Assembly: GCA_964368085.1 (NCBI GenBank)
Contig: CAYJBG010000001.1
Location: 23,135-87,134 of the forward strand
Reading direction: 5' to 3'
DNA length: 64,000 nucleotides
DNA from: an uncultured Acidiferrobacterales bacterium
GTDB taxonomy: Bacteria > Pseudomonadota > Gammaproteobacteria > Acidiferrobacterales > UBA6901
The notes beneath the pieces were generated by a model. The model was not told where the DNA came from, did not search any database, and worked only from the letters and a program-made list of their open reading frames with translations. The translations under genes were made by a program, and so were the position numbers. Position 1 is the stretch's first letter; each line of letters opens with the position of its first letter. Below, one piece after another: positions 28,151 through 40,100 of this stretch.

Positions 28151-31100
28151 CACTCCCATGCGGACAAGCTGAACGACCTGCTCGCGACGGCGCCGGCCAA
28201 CATCGCGAAAGCCGCGCAGGCGCAGCCCGCCACCGTGGCGTCCCCGGCGCTACAGGGGCAGCGAGCCGGCCGTCGCAACCGCCAACGCTATCCGTCCGCG
28301 CCGGCGAGCGCGCAGGCGCCGCCGCCCGCCAACGAGCCCATCGCGATAGTCGGCTTGAGCGGCCGTTATCCCGAGTCGAGGGATATCGAGGAGTTCTGGC
28401 GCAATCTGCGGGATGGCAAGGACTGCATCGTTGAGGTCCCGAAGGAACGCTGGGATTGGCGGCAGTACTACAGCGAGGACCGGACGAAGGAGGGCGCTCA
28501 CTACAGCAAGTGGGGCGGGTTCATCGAGGGCGTGGACGAATTTGATCCGCGCTTCTTCAACATCGCGCCGCGCGAGGCGCGCACGATCGATCCGCAGGAA
28601 CGCCTGTTCCTGCAGTACGCCTGGATGGCGATCGAAGACGCCGGTTACACTCGCGCCAGTCTGCAGATTCCGAACGCTAGCGGCCAGGCCGGTCAGGTCG
28701 GCGTCTACGCTGGCGTGATGTACGGCGAATACAATCTTTCGGGCAGCCTGGCGAGCATCGCCAATCGTGTTTCGTACTTCCTGAATCTGCACGGCCCCAG
28801 CCTGACGCTGGACACCATGTGCTCGTCGTCGCTGACTGCGATCCATCTCGCGTGTCAGGACCTGCGGCTGGGACGAACCAGCCTGGCGCTCGCTGGCGGC
28901 GTGAACGTCAGTATTCATCCGAACAAGTACACGATGCTGAGCGGCGGCCAGTTCATCTCCAATGATGGCCACTGCCAGAGCTTCGGCGAGGGCGGCGGCG
29001 GCTACATCCCGGGAGAGGGCGTGGGCGTGGCCGTCCTCAAACGGTTGTCCGACGCCGAGCGCGACGGCAACCATATCTACGGCGTGATCCGCGGCAGCGC
29101 GCTCAATCACGGCGGCAAGACCAACGGTTACACGGTGCCGAATCCACAGGCGCAGGCCGAGGTCATCCGCCGCGCGCTGGTCGAGGCCAGGATCGACCCG
29201 CGGCACGTCAGTTACATTGAGGCCCATGGTACGGGCACTAAGCTGGGTGATCCGATCGAGATCGCGGCTCTGACCAAGGCGTTCTACGAAGGCGCTCAGT
29301 TATCCGCGCGCGAGGTCGAGTTCTGCCTGATCGGTTCGGCCAAATCCAATATCGGCCATTGCGAATCGGCGGCGGGCATCGCCGGAGTGACCAAGGTGCT
29401 GCTACAGATGAAGCACGCCTCCATCGTACCGTCGCTGCATTCCAAGAAGCTCAACCCGCATATCGATTTTAAGACCACGCCCTTCGTCGTCAATCAGACA
29501 CTGCAAAGCTGGGAGCAGCCGGAGCTGGATGGCCAGCTCAAGCCCCGCATCGCCGGCATCTCATCGTTCGGCGCGGGCGGCTCGAACGCGCACCTGATCA
29601 TCGAGGAGTACCGCACGCCCGAGCAGCCGATCGCGACCATGCACGTACAACTCGTCGTGCCGCTGTCAGCGAGAACCGCGGAGCAACTGGAGCAACGTGT
29701 CCGCGATCTGTTGGCGTTCATCGAGCGCAGCGAGCGCCCCATCGATCTGCGCGCCATGGCCTACACCCTGCAGGTGGGACGCGAAGCGATGGAGGAGCGC
29801 GCGGCCTTCCTGGCGATCTCCATCGAGGATCTGACCGCGAAACTGAAGTCGTTCCTGAAGGGTGACGACGCGGGCGGCGATGTCCATCGCGCCCAGGTAA
29901 AGCAGCACCGAGAAGCGCTCGCGCTGCTCGCCGCGGATGCAGATTTCCAGAACTCCATCGAGCAATGGATCGAAGACAGGAAGCTGCCGAAGCTGGTGGA
30001 GCTGTGGGTCAAGGGAATGGAGCTGGACTGGTCCAGGTTGATCGACGCCGGTAGCGTGCCGCGGCTGATGAGTCTGCCGACGTATCCCTTCGCCAGGGAG
30101 CGCTACTGGGTCGAGCCGCCGGCCATGGCTGCCGTGGCGACGGTGCAGCAGACGACGGTTCTGCATCCTCTGGTGCACGCGAACACGTCGAATCTGCTGC
30201 AGCAAAGTTACGCGTCCCGCTTCGCGGGAAGCGAATCTTTCCTCGACGAAGGTCCGATGGCGGGGCAGAAAGCGCTGCCGCCGCTGCTCGTGCTGGAGAT
30301 GATCCGTGCCGCCGTCGAGCTGGCCTCGCCGCAGCGGTCGGAATCCGGCCAGTGGGAACTGCGCGATACGGTGTGGGGTGAGCCGCTGCTCATTTCAAGC
30401 GAGCGCACCGTCGGTATCGCGCTGTTCCCGCGCGCCAACGATACCGTCGATGTTGAGATCTACAGCGGGACCGGAACCGTCGATGGCGCGGACGACTGCG
30501 TCCACTGCCAGAGCCATGCGGTGTTCAGCCGCCTTCCCGCGCCGGCGCGCGTGGATATCGCGCGGCTCAAGGACGCGATGCGGGCGCAGCCGGATGCATT
30601 GCATGCCGTTTACCTGGACGACGGTCAGGCTTTGGCGCAGGTGCGCCTGCCGACGCGATCCGACAAGGATCGCGCCGAGTATACCCTGCATCCGGATCTG
30701 CTGAAGCAGTTTGCACAACTGCTGGATCGCGTTGCCGGCGCGTCGTTGTCACCCACGTCTCTCGAGTGCCTACGGTTCGTATTCGCATGCCCGGAGAACA
30801 CGGTCGTGTGGCTGCGCTATTCGTCGTCCGCAGCCGTCGACATCGACGTCTGCGACGAGCAGGGCAACGTCTGCGTGCAGATGAGCGGCCTGTGCTGCGA
30901 GTCCGTCGCGCAGGCCGCGATGATCGTGGCCGCCGACGTTCGCGCAACGGTTGCACCGGTGCTGGTCGACGCAGCGGTAATGGTCGAGCCCGCGCCGGCG
31001 ACCACACCGACACAGCCTCTGGCGCAAGCGGCCGGACCCAGGGAAATCGTTCTGACGCCGGTGACGACGCACGAGCCTGAGACCCAGTTCGAGCCGGTGA

Positions 31101-34100
31101 GCAAGAAGCCGACCGGTGTCCGCTTGCTAGCGAGCGCCGAAGTGCCGTCAAGTCCAGTCGCGGCAAAAGCGACCGTAGCGCTTTCCGTTCTCTCGGCGAA
31201 GCCCTGGTCGTCCACTTTCACGAAGGAGGCGTCCCGGCCGGTCCGCTTGTTCGAGTTGGGTGCTGGCGTGTTCTCCATTGAAATGGAAACTACCTCCTTC
31301 GAGGCGGTGATCGAACCGTTATTGCAGGGCTTGAACCGGGCCCGCAATGAAACGTCGCTCAAAGTCCTGCTGCTGATCGGCCGCCAAGCGAACTCCTGGT
31401 GCGGCGACCGGAACGCCAGCAATGCGGCGACAGAGCGCCGTTTGTTCAGTGTCGTCGCGGTTTTCCCTTGTCCGGTCATCGCCGTCGTGCAAGGCGATGC
31501 CGTGGGTGCCGGATTGTTGTTGGCTTCGGTCTGCGACCTCATGGTGTGCAGCGAGGACGGGCAGTATGGCTACACCGACATCGCATCGGGGATTTTCCCG
31601 AGCGCGGGCGAAGAGCGTTTTTTCCGTGAACGGCTGGGCGATGCCGTCGCCGACGACTTGCTCTATCGGTCCACGCGATGCAGCGGTCGGCGGCTTAACG
31701 CCAAGGGCTGGGCCTGCCGCGTCGTGCCGTCGGCACAGGTGGAGGCCGACGCCCAGCGCCTCGCCGTCGATCTGTCGCGCAAATCGCAGCTCGCGCTGGG
31801 TCTGCTCAAGACCCATCTGGGCCGCCACCTCTCCCCGCTGGTCGACCATCTGGCCGCGGTCGATGTCTTGCATGCCGCGCCCCGCGCCGCGGAACACGCG
31901 GTGGATAGCGCACTGGTGCTAAAGCTCGGCGCCGACCGGGAGGCCTACGACCTGCAGGCGCTGATCACCGATCTGAAGCTCGCCTTCGATCACGTCGGCG
32001 AGGCATTGGAATACAAGTCCGTCGTGCTCACCAGCGTGTTGGGCGGGTTCCTGCCGCAGATAGACGAGGCCAGTGACGCCGCGACCGTGGCCGAGTTGAA
32101 GCATCTTGTGCGCTGTTGCCCTGTGCCGCTGATCGCGGCATTCGAATCGAACGCCGATGGCCTGGCCTGGCTGTTTGGCTTGTTCTGCGACACCGTGGTT
32201 TACAGCAACGACGGCCGCTATTCCGCGTCCGCCCTGTGGGCGGCGCCGTCGTGCGCGCGCGAGGCCGCGGCCCTGTGCACGCAGCGCCTCGGCGCGTCGT
32301 TCGGGCAAGAAGTCTGCCTGACCGAAGGCAGCTACTCGGGTGCGGATCTGCGGGCACGTATGGGCGCGCTCGTCGCCGTCGACAGCGACGAAGTGATGCC
32401 CCAGGCGCTGCGCCTGGCCGCATTCTGGGACGCGTGGCCGCGCGCCACCGTCGTCGCCTGGAAACTGACACAAACCGCGCATCTGCAACGTCTGCTGGAG
32501 GCGTTGCCTGACGCGCAGTTATTGGAGGATGGCTCTGCCGTCGCGACGGATCCGACCACCGTCTCGGCACCCACGGCCATCGCGCTTCGCTCCACCGTTA
32601 TCAGTGCCACCGCACATCCCGAAGGCGTGGTGGTAGTCAGCATGCAGGAGCGGGACGCAAAGAATATGTTCTCCGAGGCACTGGTCAGCGGGCTGAAGGA
32701 GGCCTTCGCGCACATCGCACAGACCCCCGCCTACAAGGCGGTGGTGTTGACCGGATACGACAGCTACTTCGCGACCGGCGGCACGATGGAGACGCTGTTG
32801 GCGATCCAGCAAGGCCAGGCGCAGTTCACCGACGAAAAGGTGTTCCAGCTGCCGATGGACTGCCTGCTGCCGGTCGTCGCCGCGATCCAGGGCCACGGCA
32901 TCGGCGGCGGCTGGTCTTTCGGCATGTTCGCCGATCTCGTTGTGCTCAGCGAAGAGAGCCGCTATCTCAGCCCGTACATGGGATACGGCTTCACGCCGGG
33001 CGCGGGCTCCACGCTGATGTTCCCGGAAAAGATCGGGTACGACCTGGCGCGGGAAACGCTGCTGACCGCGCAGGAGATTTCGGGTCGCGAACTGAAGGAA
33101 CGCGGTGTGCCGCTGCCGGTGTTGCCGCGGCGCGACGTGGTTGCGGCCGCGATCGGCCTGGCCACGCGCATGGCGCGGCAGCCGCGCGCGCGACTGATCG
33201 GGCTCAAGCGGCTGTGGACGCATGCGCTGCGCCAGTCGCGCGAGGACAGCTATCGGCGCGAAGTCGAGATGCACGAGCGGACCTTCGTCAGGAACGCCGA
33301 AACACTGGGGACGATCCAGGCCAAGTTCTCTGCGGAAACCGCACAGACTCAGGTCACGGTCGCGAAGGTCGGGCAGCCGGCGTCGTCCATCGTCGGAAAA
33401 CTCAAAGCGATGCTGGCGCAGGAGCTGTTCCTGAAGCCCGAGGAGATCGACGAGGACACTCAGTTCATCGATCTCGGACTGGATTCCATCACTGGCGTGA
33501 CCTGGATCCGCAAGATCAATGCGCACTATGGCACGGACATCGAAGCGACCAAGGTCTACAGCCATCCGACACTGAAGCAACTCAGCCAGCTCGTCGCGAG
33601 CGAGGCCGTGATCGAAAACGCGCCAGCGCCCGCCGCCGCGATTGCGCAGCAGGCCGGAACGAAGGGTCAGGCCGCTTCGGCGCAGGTAGCTGGCGTGTCG
33701 TCGTCGACGGAGCGCGAGAGCCTTGACAGCGTCATCACCAAACTCAAGGCGATGCTGGCGAAGGAACTGCTGCTGCGGCCCGATGAGATCGAGGAAACCG
33801 TGCAGTTCATCGACATGGGGCTGGATTCGATCACCGGCGTCACCTGGATGCGCAAGATCAACGAGCACTACCGAACGGACATTGAGGCCACCAAGGTCTA
33901 TAGCCATCCGACGCTGCAGGAGATCGGCCGTCTGGTGCAGCAGGAAGCCGAAAAAGCCGGAACGCTGGCCAAGCCTGTGCCCGCACAGGCGGCTCCGCCC
34001 ACCGGCGTGCGGCAACCGGTCCCGTCCGCGCGTCGCGCACTCGCGTCGTGGCGCCGACAGGCGCGCGCCAATGCGCGCATCGCGCCGCAGGCAGAAGCGG

Positions 34101-37100
34101 CCGGCGGGGCGCGGCCGATCGCCGTCATCGGCATCGCCGGCCAGTTCCCGCAGGCGAAGAATCTTGACGAGTTCTGGGCGAATCTGGCCGAAGGCAGGAA
34201 CTGTATTGACGAAGTGTCTGATGCGCGTTGGAGCCTCGGCGACTGTTTCCAGGCCGGCACACCCACGCCGGGAAAGACCAACAGCAAATGGTTCGGCGCC
34301 CTGGACGAGTACGATCTGTTCGATCCGCTATTCTTTAATATATCGCCGACCGAAGCCGAATGCATGGACCCGCAGCAGCGCATGTTCCTGCAGACATGTT
34401 GGCACAGCATCGAGAACGCCGGCTACAGTCCGCAGTCCTTGTCCGGCAGCCAATGCGGTGTATTCGTCGGTTGCGGACCCAGCGACTATCACCAGATATC
34501 GCGCGAGCAGCAACTGAGTGCGCAGGGTTTCACTGGCGCGGCGAGTTCGATCCTGGCAGCACGGATCTCGTATTTCCTGAACCTGCGCGGTCCCTGCATT
34601 GCGATCGAAACCGCGTGTTCGTCGTCCCTGGTCGCGATCGCCAATGCCTGTGACAGCCTGAACACCGGCAACAGCGATCTGGCCCTGGCTGGGGGTGTCT
34701 ACGTCATGGCGGGTCCCGCCATGCACATCATGACCTCGCAGGCTGGTATGCTGTCGACCGATGGCCGCTGCTACACCTTCGACCAGCGCGCGAATGGCTT
34801 CGTACCGGGCGAGGGCGTCGGCGTGCTGATGCTGAAGCGCCTGGCGGATGCCGAGCGCGACCAAGATCGCATCCTAGGGGTGATCGAAGGCTGGGGCGTG
34901 AACCAGGACGGCAAGACCAACGGCATTACCGCACCCAACGAAGAATCGCAGACTCGGTTGTTGCAATCGGTCTACAAGAAATTCGGCATCGATCCCGCCG
35001 GCATCCAACTCATCGAAGCGCACGGCACGGGCACCAAGCTGGGCGACCCGATCGAGGTCGCCGGGCTGAAGGCCGCGTTCAAACCCTTTACCGACAAGTC
35101 CGGCTACTGCGCCCTCGGCTCGGTGAAGAGCAATATCGGCCACTGCCTCACCGCTGCGGGCGCCGCCGGGTTCATCAAGCTGATCCTGGCCTTGAAGCAT
35201 CGCTCGCTGCCGCCGACGATCAACTACGAACGTCGCAACGAACATATCCAGCTCGACGGCAGTCCGTTCTACATCAACGACACGCTCAAGCCCTGGAACG
35301 TCGCGCAGGGCGAAAAGCGCCGCGCCGCGATCAGCTCGTTCGGTTTCTCCGGTACCAATGCCCACCTCGCGATCGCCGAGCATGTGCCGAGCGTGCAGGT
35401 CAGGCCGGACGTCTCCATCGTCGCGCAAGACGGCAAGATCATCGTGCCCTTGTCGGCGAGAACCGAATCGCAGCTAAGGCAGAAGGCGCAAGATCTGTTG
35501 GCGCATATCCGCAGGAATCCGTCTCTCGATCTGGCGGAGCTCGCCTATACCCTCCAAGTCGGCCGCGATGCGATGGGCGAACGCCTGGGCTTCCTGGTCG
35601 GCTCGCTGGATGCGCTGGCCGCCAGGCTCGAGGCGTACGTGACGGGCGAGGGCGATGTTGAAGGCGCTTATCAGGGCCAGGTCAAGCGCAACAAGGAAGA
35701 GTTGAAGCTCATCACTCAGGACGACGAGATGAGAGCGACGATTGTCGGCAAATGGCTGAGCGAGTACAAACTATCCAAGCTGCTGGACCTGTGGGTCAAG
35801 GGCCTGAATCTGGACTGGCACCTGCTATACGGCGAGGCGAAGCCGCAGCGCATCGAATTGCCGAACTATCCGTTCGCGAAGGACCGCTACTGGCTCGATG
35901 CCGGCACTACGCTGCCGCTTTTGGCCCCGCTTTCCTCGCACAACTCGGCACGCGACATTCTGCATCCCTTGCTGCACAAGAACACCTCGTTGCTGAGCCA
36001 GCAACGTTACCGTTCGAATTTCAGTGGCAAGGAGTTCTTCTTCGATATGCAGATCGATGGCGTAAAAGTCCTGTCCCCGCTGTCCTTACTGGAGATGGCA
36101 CACGCGGCCGTTGCGCAGGCGACGCTCGATCTCGCTGAGCCCGCAATGATCGAACTTAGCCGAATAAGCTGGAGGAAGCCGCTGTTCGTCGCTGGCGATA
36201 CGGAGCTAGAGGTTGTCATCGATTTGTTCGCGAACGAAGATGAAAGCGTCTCCTTCGAGATCTACACGACGGCAACGAACAGCGCGGGCGAATCGGAACT
36301 CACCGTTCATGTCCAGGGTGTTGCCTGCTTCATCGAGCGGATTTCGTCTGGGCGCGTCGACATCGCTGGCCTACGCAAGCAATCGTTCGCCGAAAGATTC
36401 GATACACCGGCCTTTTATGCGGGCTTGAAACGTGCCGGAGTGGATTACGGAAATGCGCTGCAAGGCTTGCAGGCCATCCATCTCGGCCACAATCAATTGT
36501 TGGCGCATATCGGTCTGCCTGGCGCCCTCGACAGCTATGGGAAGGACTATGCGCTTCATCCGAGCTTGCTCGAAGGCGCAGTGCAGGCCTGCATGGTCTT
36601 TGTCAGCGATGCGAACGAGCTGTCGGCTCAAGCCTTGTCGCCCGTTTCGATCGATTCCTTGACGGTCGTAGCGGATTGCGAAAGAGCTTGTGAAGCTGAA
36701 ATGTTCGCCTGGATTCGGTATTCGGATCGTGTCGATGACGATGTGAGCGATGGCGACGTGCATTCCCGGAAACTGGATGTCGACATCGTGGATGCGCAAG
36801 GCGATTGTCGCGTCGCGATCCGCGGGCTCGTTCTGGGCTTGGCGACCGTGAGTGAAGTCGCCGCCGCGCTGCCGGAAACGGCGATGACGACCCCTCTGTG
36901 GGATGTGATCAAAGATTTCGACGACGCAGCCGATCCGGTTGCCGGAAAACGGATTCTGGTGATCGGTGCGAACGACGAGCAGAGATCGGCCCTTGAGCGG
37001 CACTATCGGGAATCGACGACCGCTTTCGTGAACATATTCGAGGCCGACACCGTCGCCGATATCAGCGGAAAGCTGGAAGGCGTCGAGTTCGACAAGCTGG

Positions 37101-40100
37101 TATGGATCGCCTCCGCGCACGATGTCGAAACGCTGACTGAAGAATCGATCGTCGAGGATCAAAACCGCGGCATTCTTCAGGTGCTGAGGATCATGCGATC
37201 CCTGACGGAACTGGGGTACGAAAAGCGCACCCTGGAGTGGGATCTGATCACGATCAACAGTCTGCCGGTCAGGAAGTCGGATATCGTGAATCCCACGCAT
37301 GCGGGGCTGCAAGGGTTTTCCGGCAGCATGGCGGAAATGTATCCGCGCTGGAAAATCCGTCTATTCGATCTGCAAGAGATGTCCGAAGCCATTGTCGCCG
37401 GCATGCGCAGGTTGCCTTTCAGGGTAAAGAACGCGTGCTACGCGCTCAGGGGCAATGAGTGGTTCTGCCAGAAGCTGATTCCTGTGAAAGAGCTGGCCCA
37501 AAGAAAATCGCTGTATCGATTCCAGGGCGTCTATGTCGTTATCGGCGGGAGCGGCGGGCTTGGAGAGATTTGGACTCGGCACGTCATCGAACGCCATCAA
37601 GCGAATGTCATATGGATCGGGCGGCGCAAACTCAACGACGAAATCCAACGCAAAATCGACAGCTTGTCCGTGTTCGGAAAAACGCCGGAGTACCTACAAG
37701 CCGACGCCAGCAATCTGCAAGAACTCCAAGTGGCCTACGAACGCATCAAAGAGAAATATTCGACGATTCACGGAATCGTTCACTCGGCCGTCGGCGCATT
37801 CGATCAAAGCCTGAAAACGGTGTCGGAGGACGATTTCAGGTCGATTCTTTCCGTAAAAATCGATCTCAGCGTGAGGATCGCCCAGGTCTTCAACAAGGAA
37901 GCCTTGGATTTCGTTTTGTTCTTCTCGTCGAGCGCCTCCTTCGTGAGAGGAGCGGGGATGAGCGGCTACTCCGCCGGATGCGCTTTCAAGGACGCCTTCG
38001 CGCTGCAGTTAGCCAAGCGATGGGACTGCGATATCAAGGTGGTCAATTGGGGATATTGGTCCGTGGGCGCGGGCGATGCCATGACCGATGCGATGAAGGC
38101 ATATTTCTACGAAACAGGCTACAGACCTCTTGATCCGGAAGAAGGAATGAAGGCGCTGGACCAGTTCCTTGCCAGCGGGTTCGATCAGATGTCGATCGGC
38201 AAGAATTTGCGGCCGACTGCGGAGCATCTCGATATCGATGACGAATGGATGGCCAGTTACGACGATGAATCCGGCCGCGTTGGCGCGCAACTGAATCAGT
38301 TGGACATCGACGGCATGGGCCTGTCCCCGAAATTCCATGACATCAAAAACAAAGCCGGAAAGGAGATGGAGGACCTGCTTTCCCGACTGTTGCGCGGCAT
38401 TCTGGACGCCACGCCGAATATCTTGCGCAGCTACGATCGCTGGTTGATGGAAAGCAAGAAGATCGTCGCACCCTACGTTCGCAGCGAAGACGCTGGATCG
38501 TCAGAGACTCTGGAACGGCTGTGGGGCGAATGGGGCGCGGCGATGAAAGTGTGGCTGCAAGACGGCGGCAAGAAAGCGCTGTGCTTGCTGGTCGATAAGT
38601 CCGTGCGCGCATTGCCGGACATCTTGACAGGCAAGCAAAAAGCTACAGACGTCATCTTCCCCAAATCGTCCTTGGAGTTGGTCGAAAACGTTTACAAAAC
38701 CGACACCATCGGGCTTGCCTACAACGAAAGTCTCAGCGATACGCTGATGACCGCGGTTCGGGCACGTTTGAAGGCGGAGCCCGATGCGCAAATCAGGCTC
38801 CTGGAAATCGGTGCTGGCACGGGTGCTACGACCGTCGGCATAATCGAAAAGCTCGAACCCTACCAGAGCCGGATCGCCGAGTATTGCTATACGGATCTCT
38901 CGAAGGCCTTCCTGTTCCATGCGGAGAATGTTTATGCCCCGCGTGCGCCCTATCTTCGTACGCAGATATTCAACGTTGAACAGCCGATCGCGCAGCAAAA
39001 CATCGAGGCCGGTCGCTATGATTTCGTCATAGCGGCCAACGTCTTGCATGCCACCAAAAACATCCGCAATACGCTGCGCAACGCCAAGGCGGTTCTTCGC
39101 AAGAATGGGATGCTATTGCTGAATGAAATCAGCGATAAATCGATTTGTGGCCACGTGACCTTCGGCCTGTTGGACGGCTGGTGGTTGAACGAGGACGACG
39201 AAATCAGGATTCCCGGATCGCCCGGGCTTTACCCTGAAGCCTGGAAAAACGTCCTGGAAGAAGAGGGATTCCATTCGGTGCTGTTTCCCTGCAAGGACGT
39301 TCACGCAGTGGGGCAGCAGATCGTCGTGGCGTTCAGCGACGGCGTTGTTCGGCAAAGGCAATCCGCCGTTTCGAAGCAGCCTGCTGCCAAGACCAAGCTC
39401 GTCGAAAGCCGGAAAGTCATAGCGCCGACCAATCGAATTCTGGTCAAAGGGACTCCGGCCAAAGTCGCCGCAATCGCATCGGCGTCGGCCATTGCAGGGC
39501 AGGCGTCACGCCCTCATACGCCGACGGCACAGAGTGGCAGTCGCGACCGGCTCTACACCGATGAGCTCCTAAGAGAGAAGACCGTCCAGTTCTGCAAGCA
39601 ATTGATAGGCAAGGCGCTGAAGATAAGCAGCCATCAGATCGATGCCGCGGAACCCTTGGAAAGCTACGGTATCGACTCGATCATCGTGGGTCTGGTCAAC
39701 CAGCAGTTGCTGAAATACTTCAGCGATGTCAGCGCTACGCTGCTTTACGAGTTCCAGACAGTAGATGCCTTGTCGGACCATTTGGCCAGAACGCGCAGGG
39801 CCGAACTGGAACGCTTGTTCGAGTTGGATCGCTCGGCGCCGGATACCCCGCCGCCCATCGCGGCCGCGAAGCCAACGGATGCCACACGACGTGGCGGCGC
39901 CCGCATGCCCTTGCGCGCCAGGGTGCAGCACTCGGCAGAGCCGGCCCGGCCAAGCGACTCCGGCCGTAAAGCAATCGCCATTATCGGCATCAGCGGCCTG
40001 TATCCCCTTGCGTCAAGTCTCGAAGAGTTCTGGGAGAACTTGAAGTCGGGTAAAAACTGCATCACCGAAATACCCGAGAACCGCTGGTCCCTCAACGGCT

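Larger units (their letters stand above)
28334..33945 (+). other. PKS module 5 (beta-branching): KS5-DH*5-ECHa'-ECHb'-ECHc'-ACP5a-ACP5b (Trp flags)
   Basis: KS5 ~28334-29610 (TMCSSS, Cys 28819). DH*5 ~30160-30900 (SFLDEGPMAGQKALPP has no His; HPDLLKQFAQ has no Asp). ECH triad 31240-33335. ACP5a ~33383-33600 (GLDSITGVTWIRK) and ACP5b ~33722-33945 (GLDSITGVTWMRK). No KR. Confidence 0.8.
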
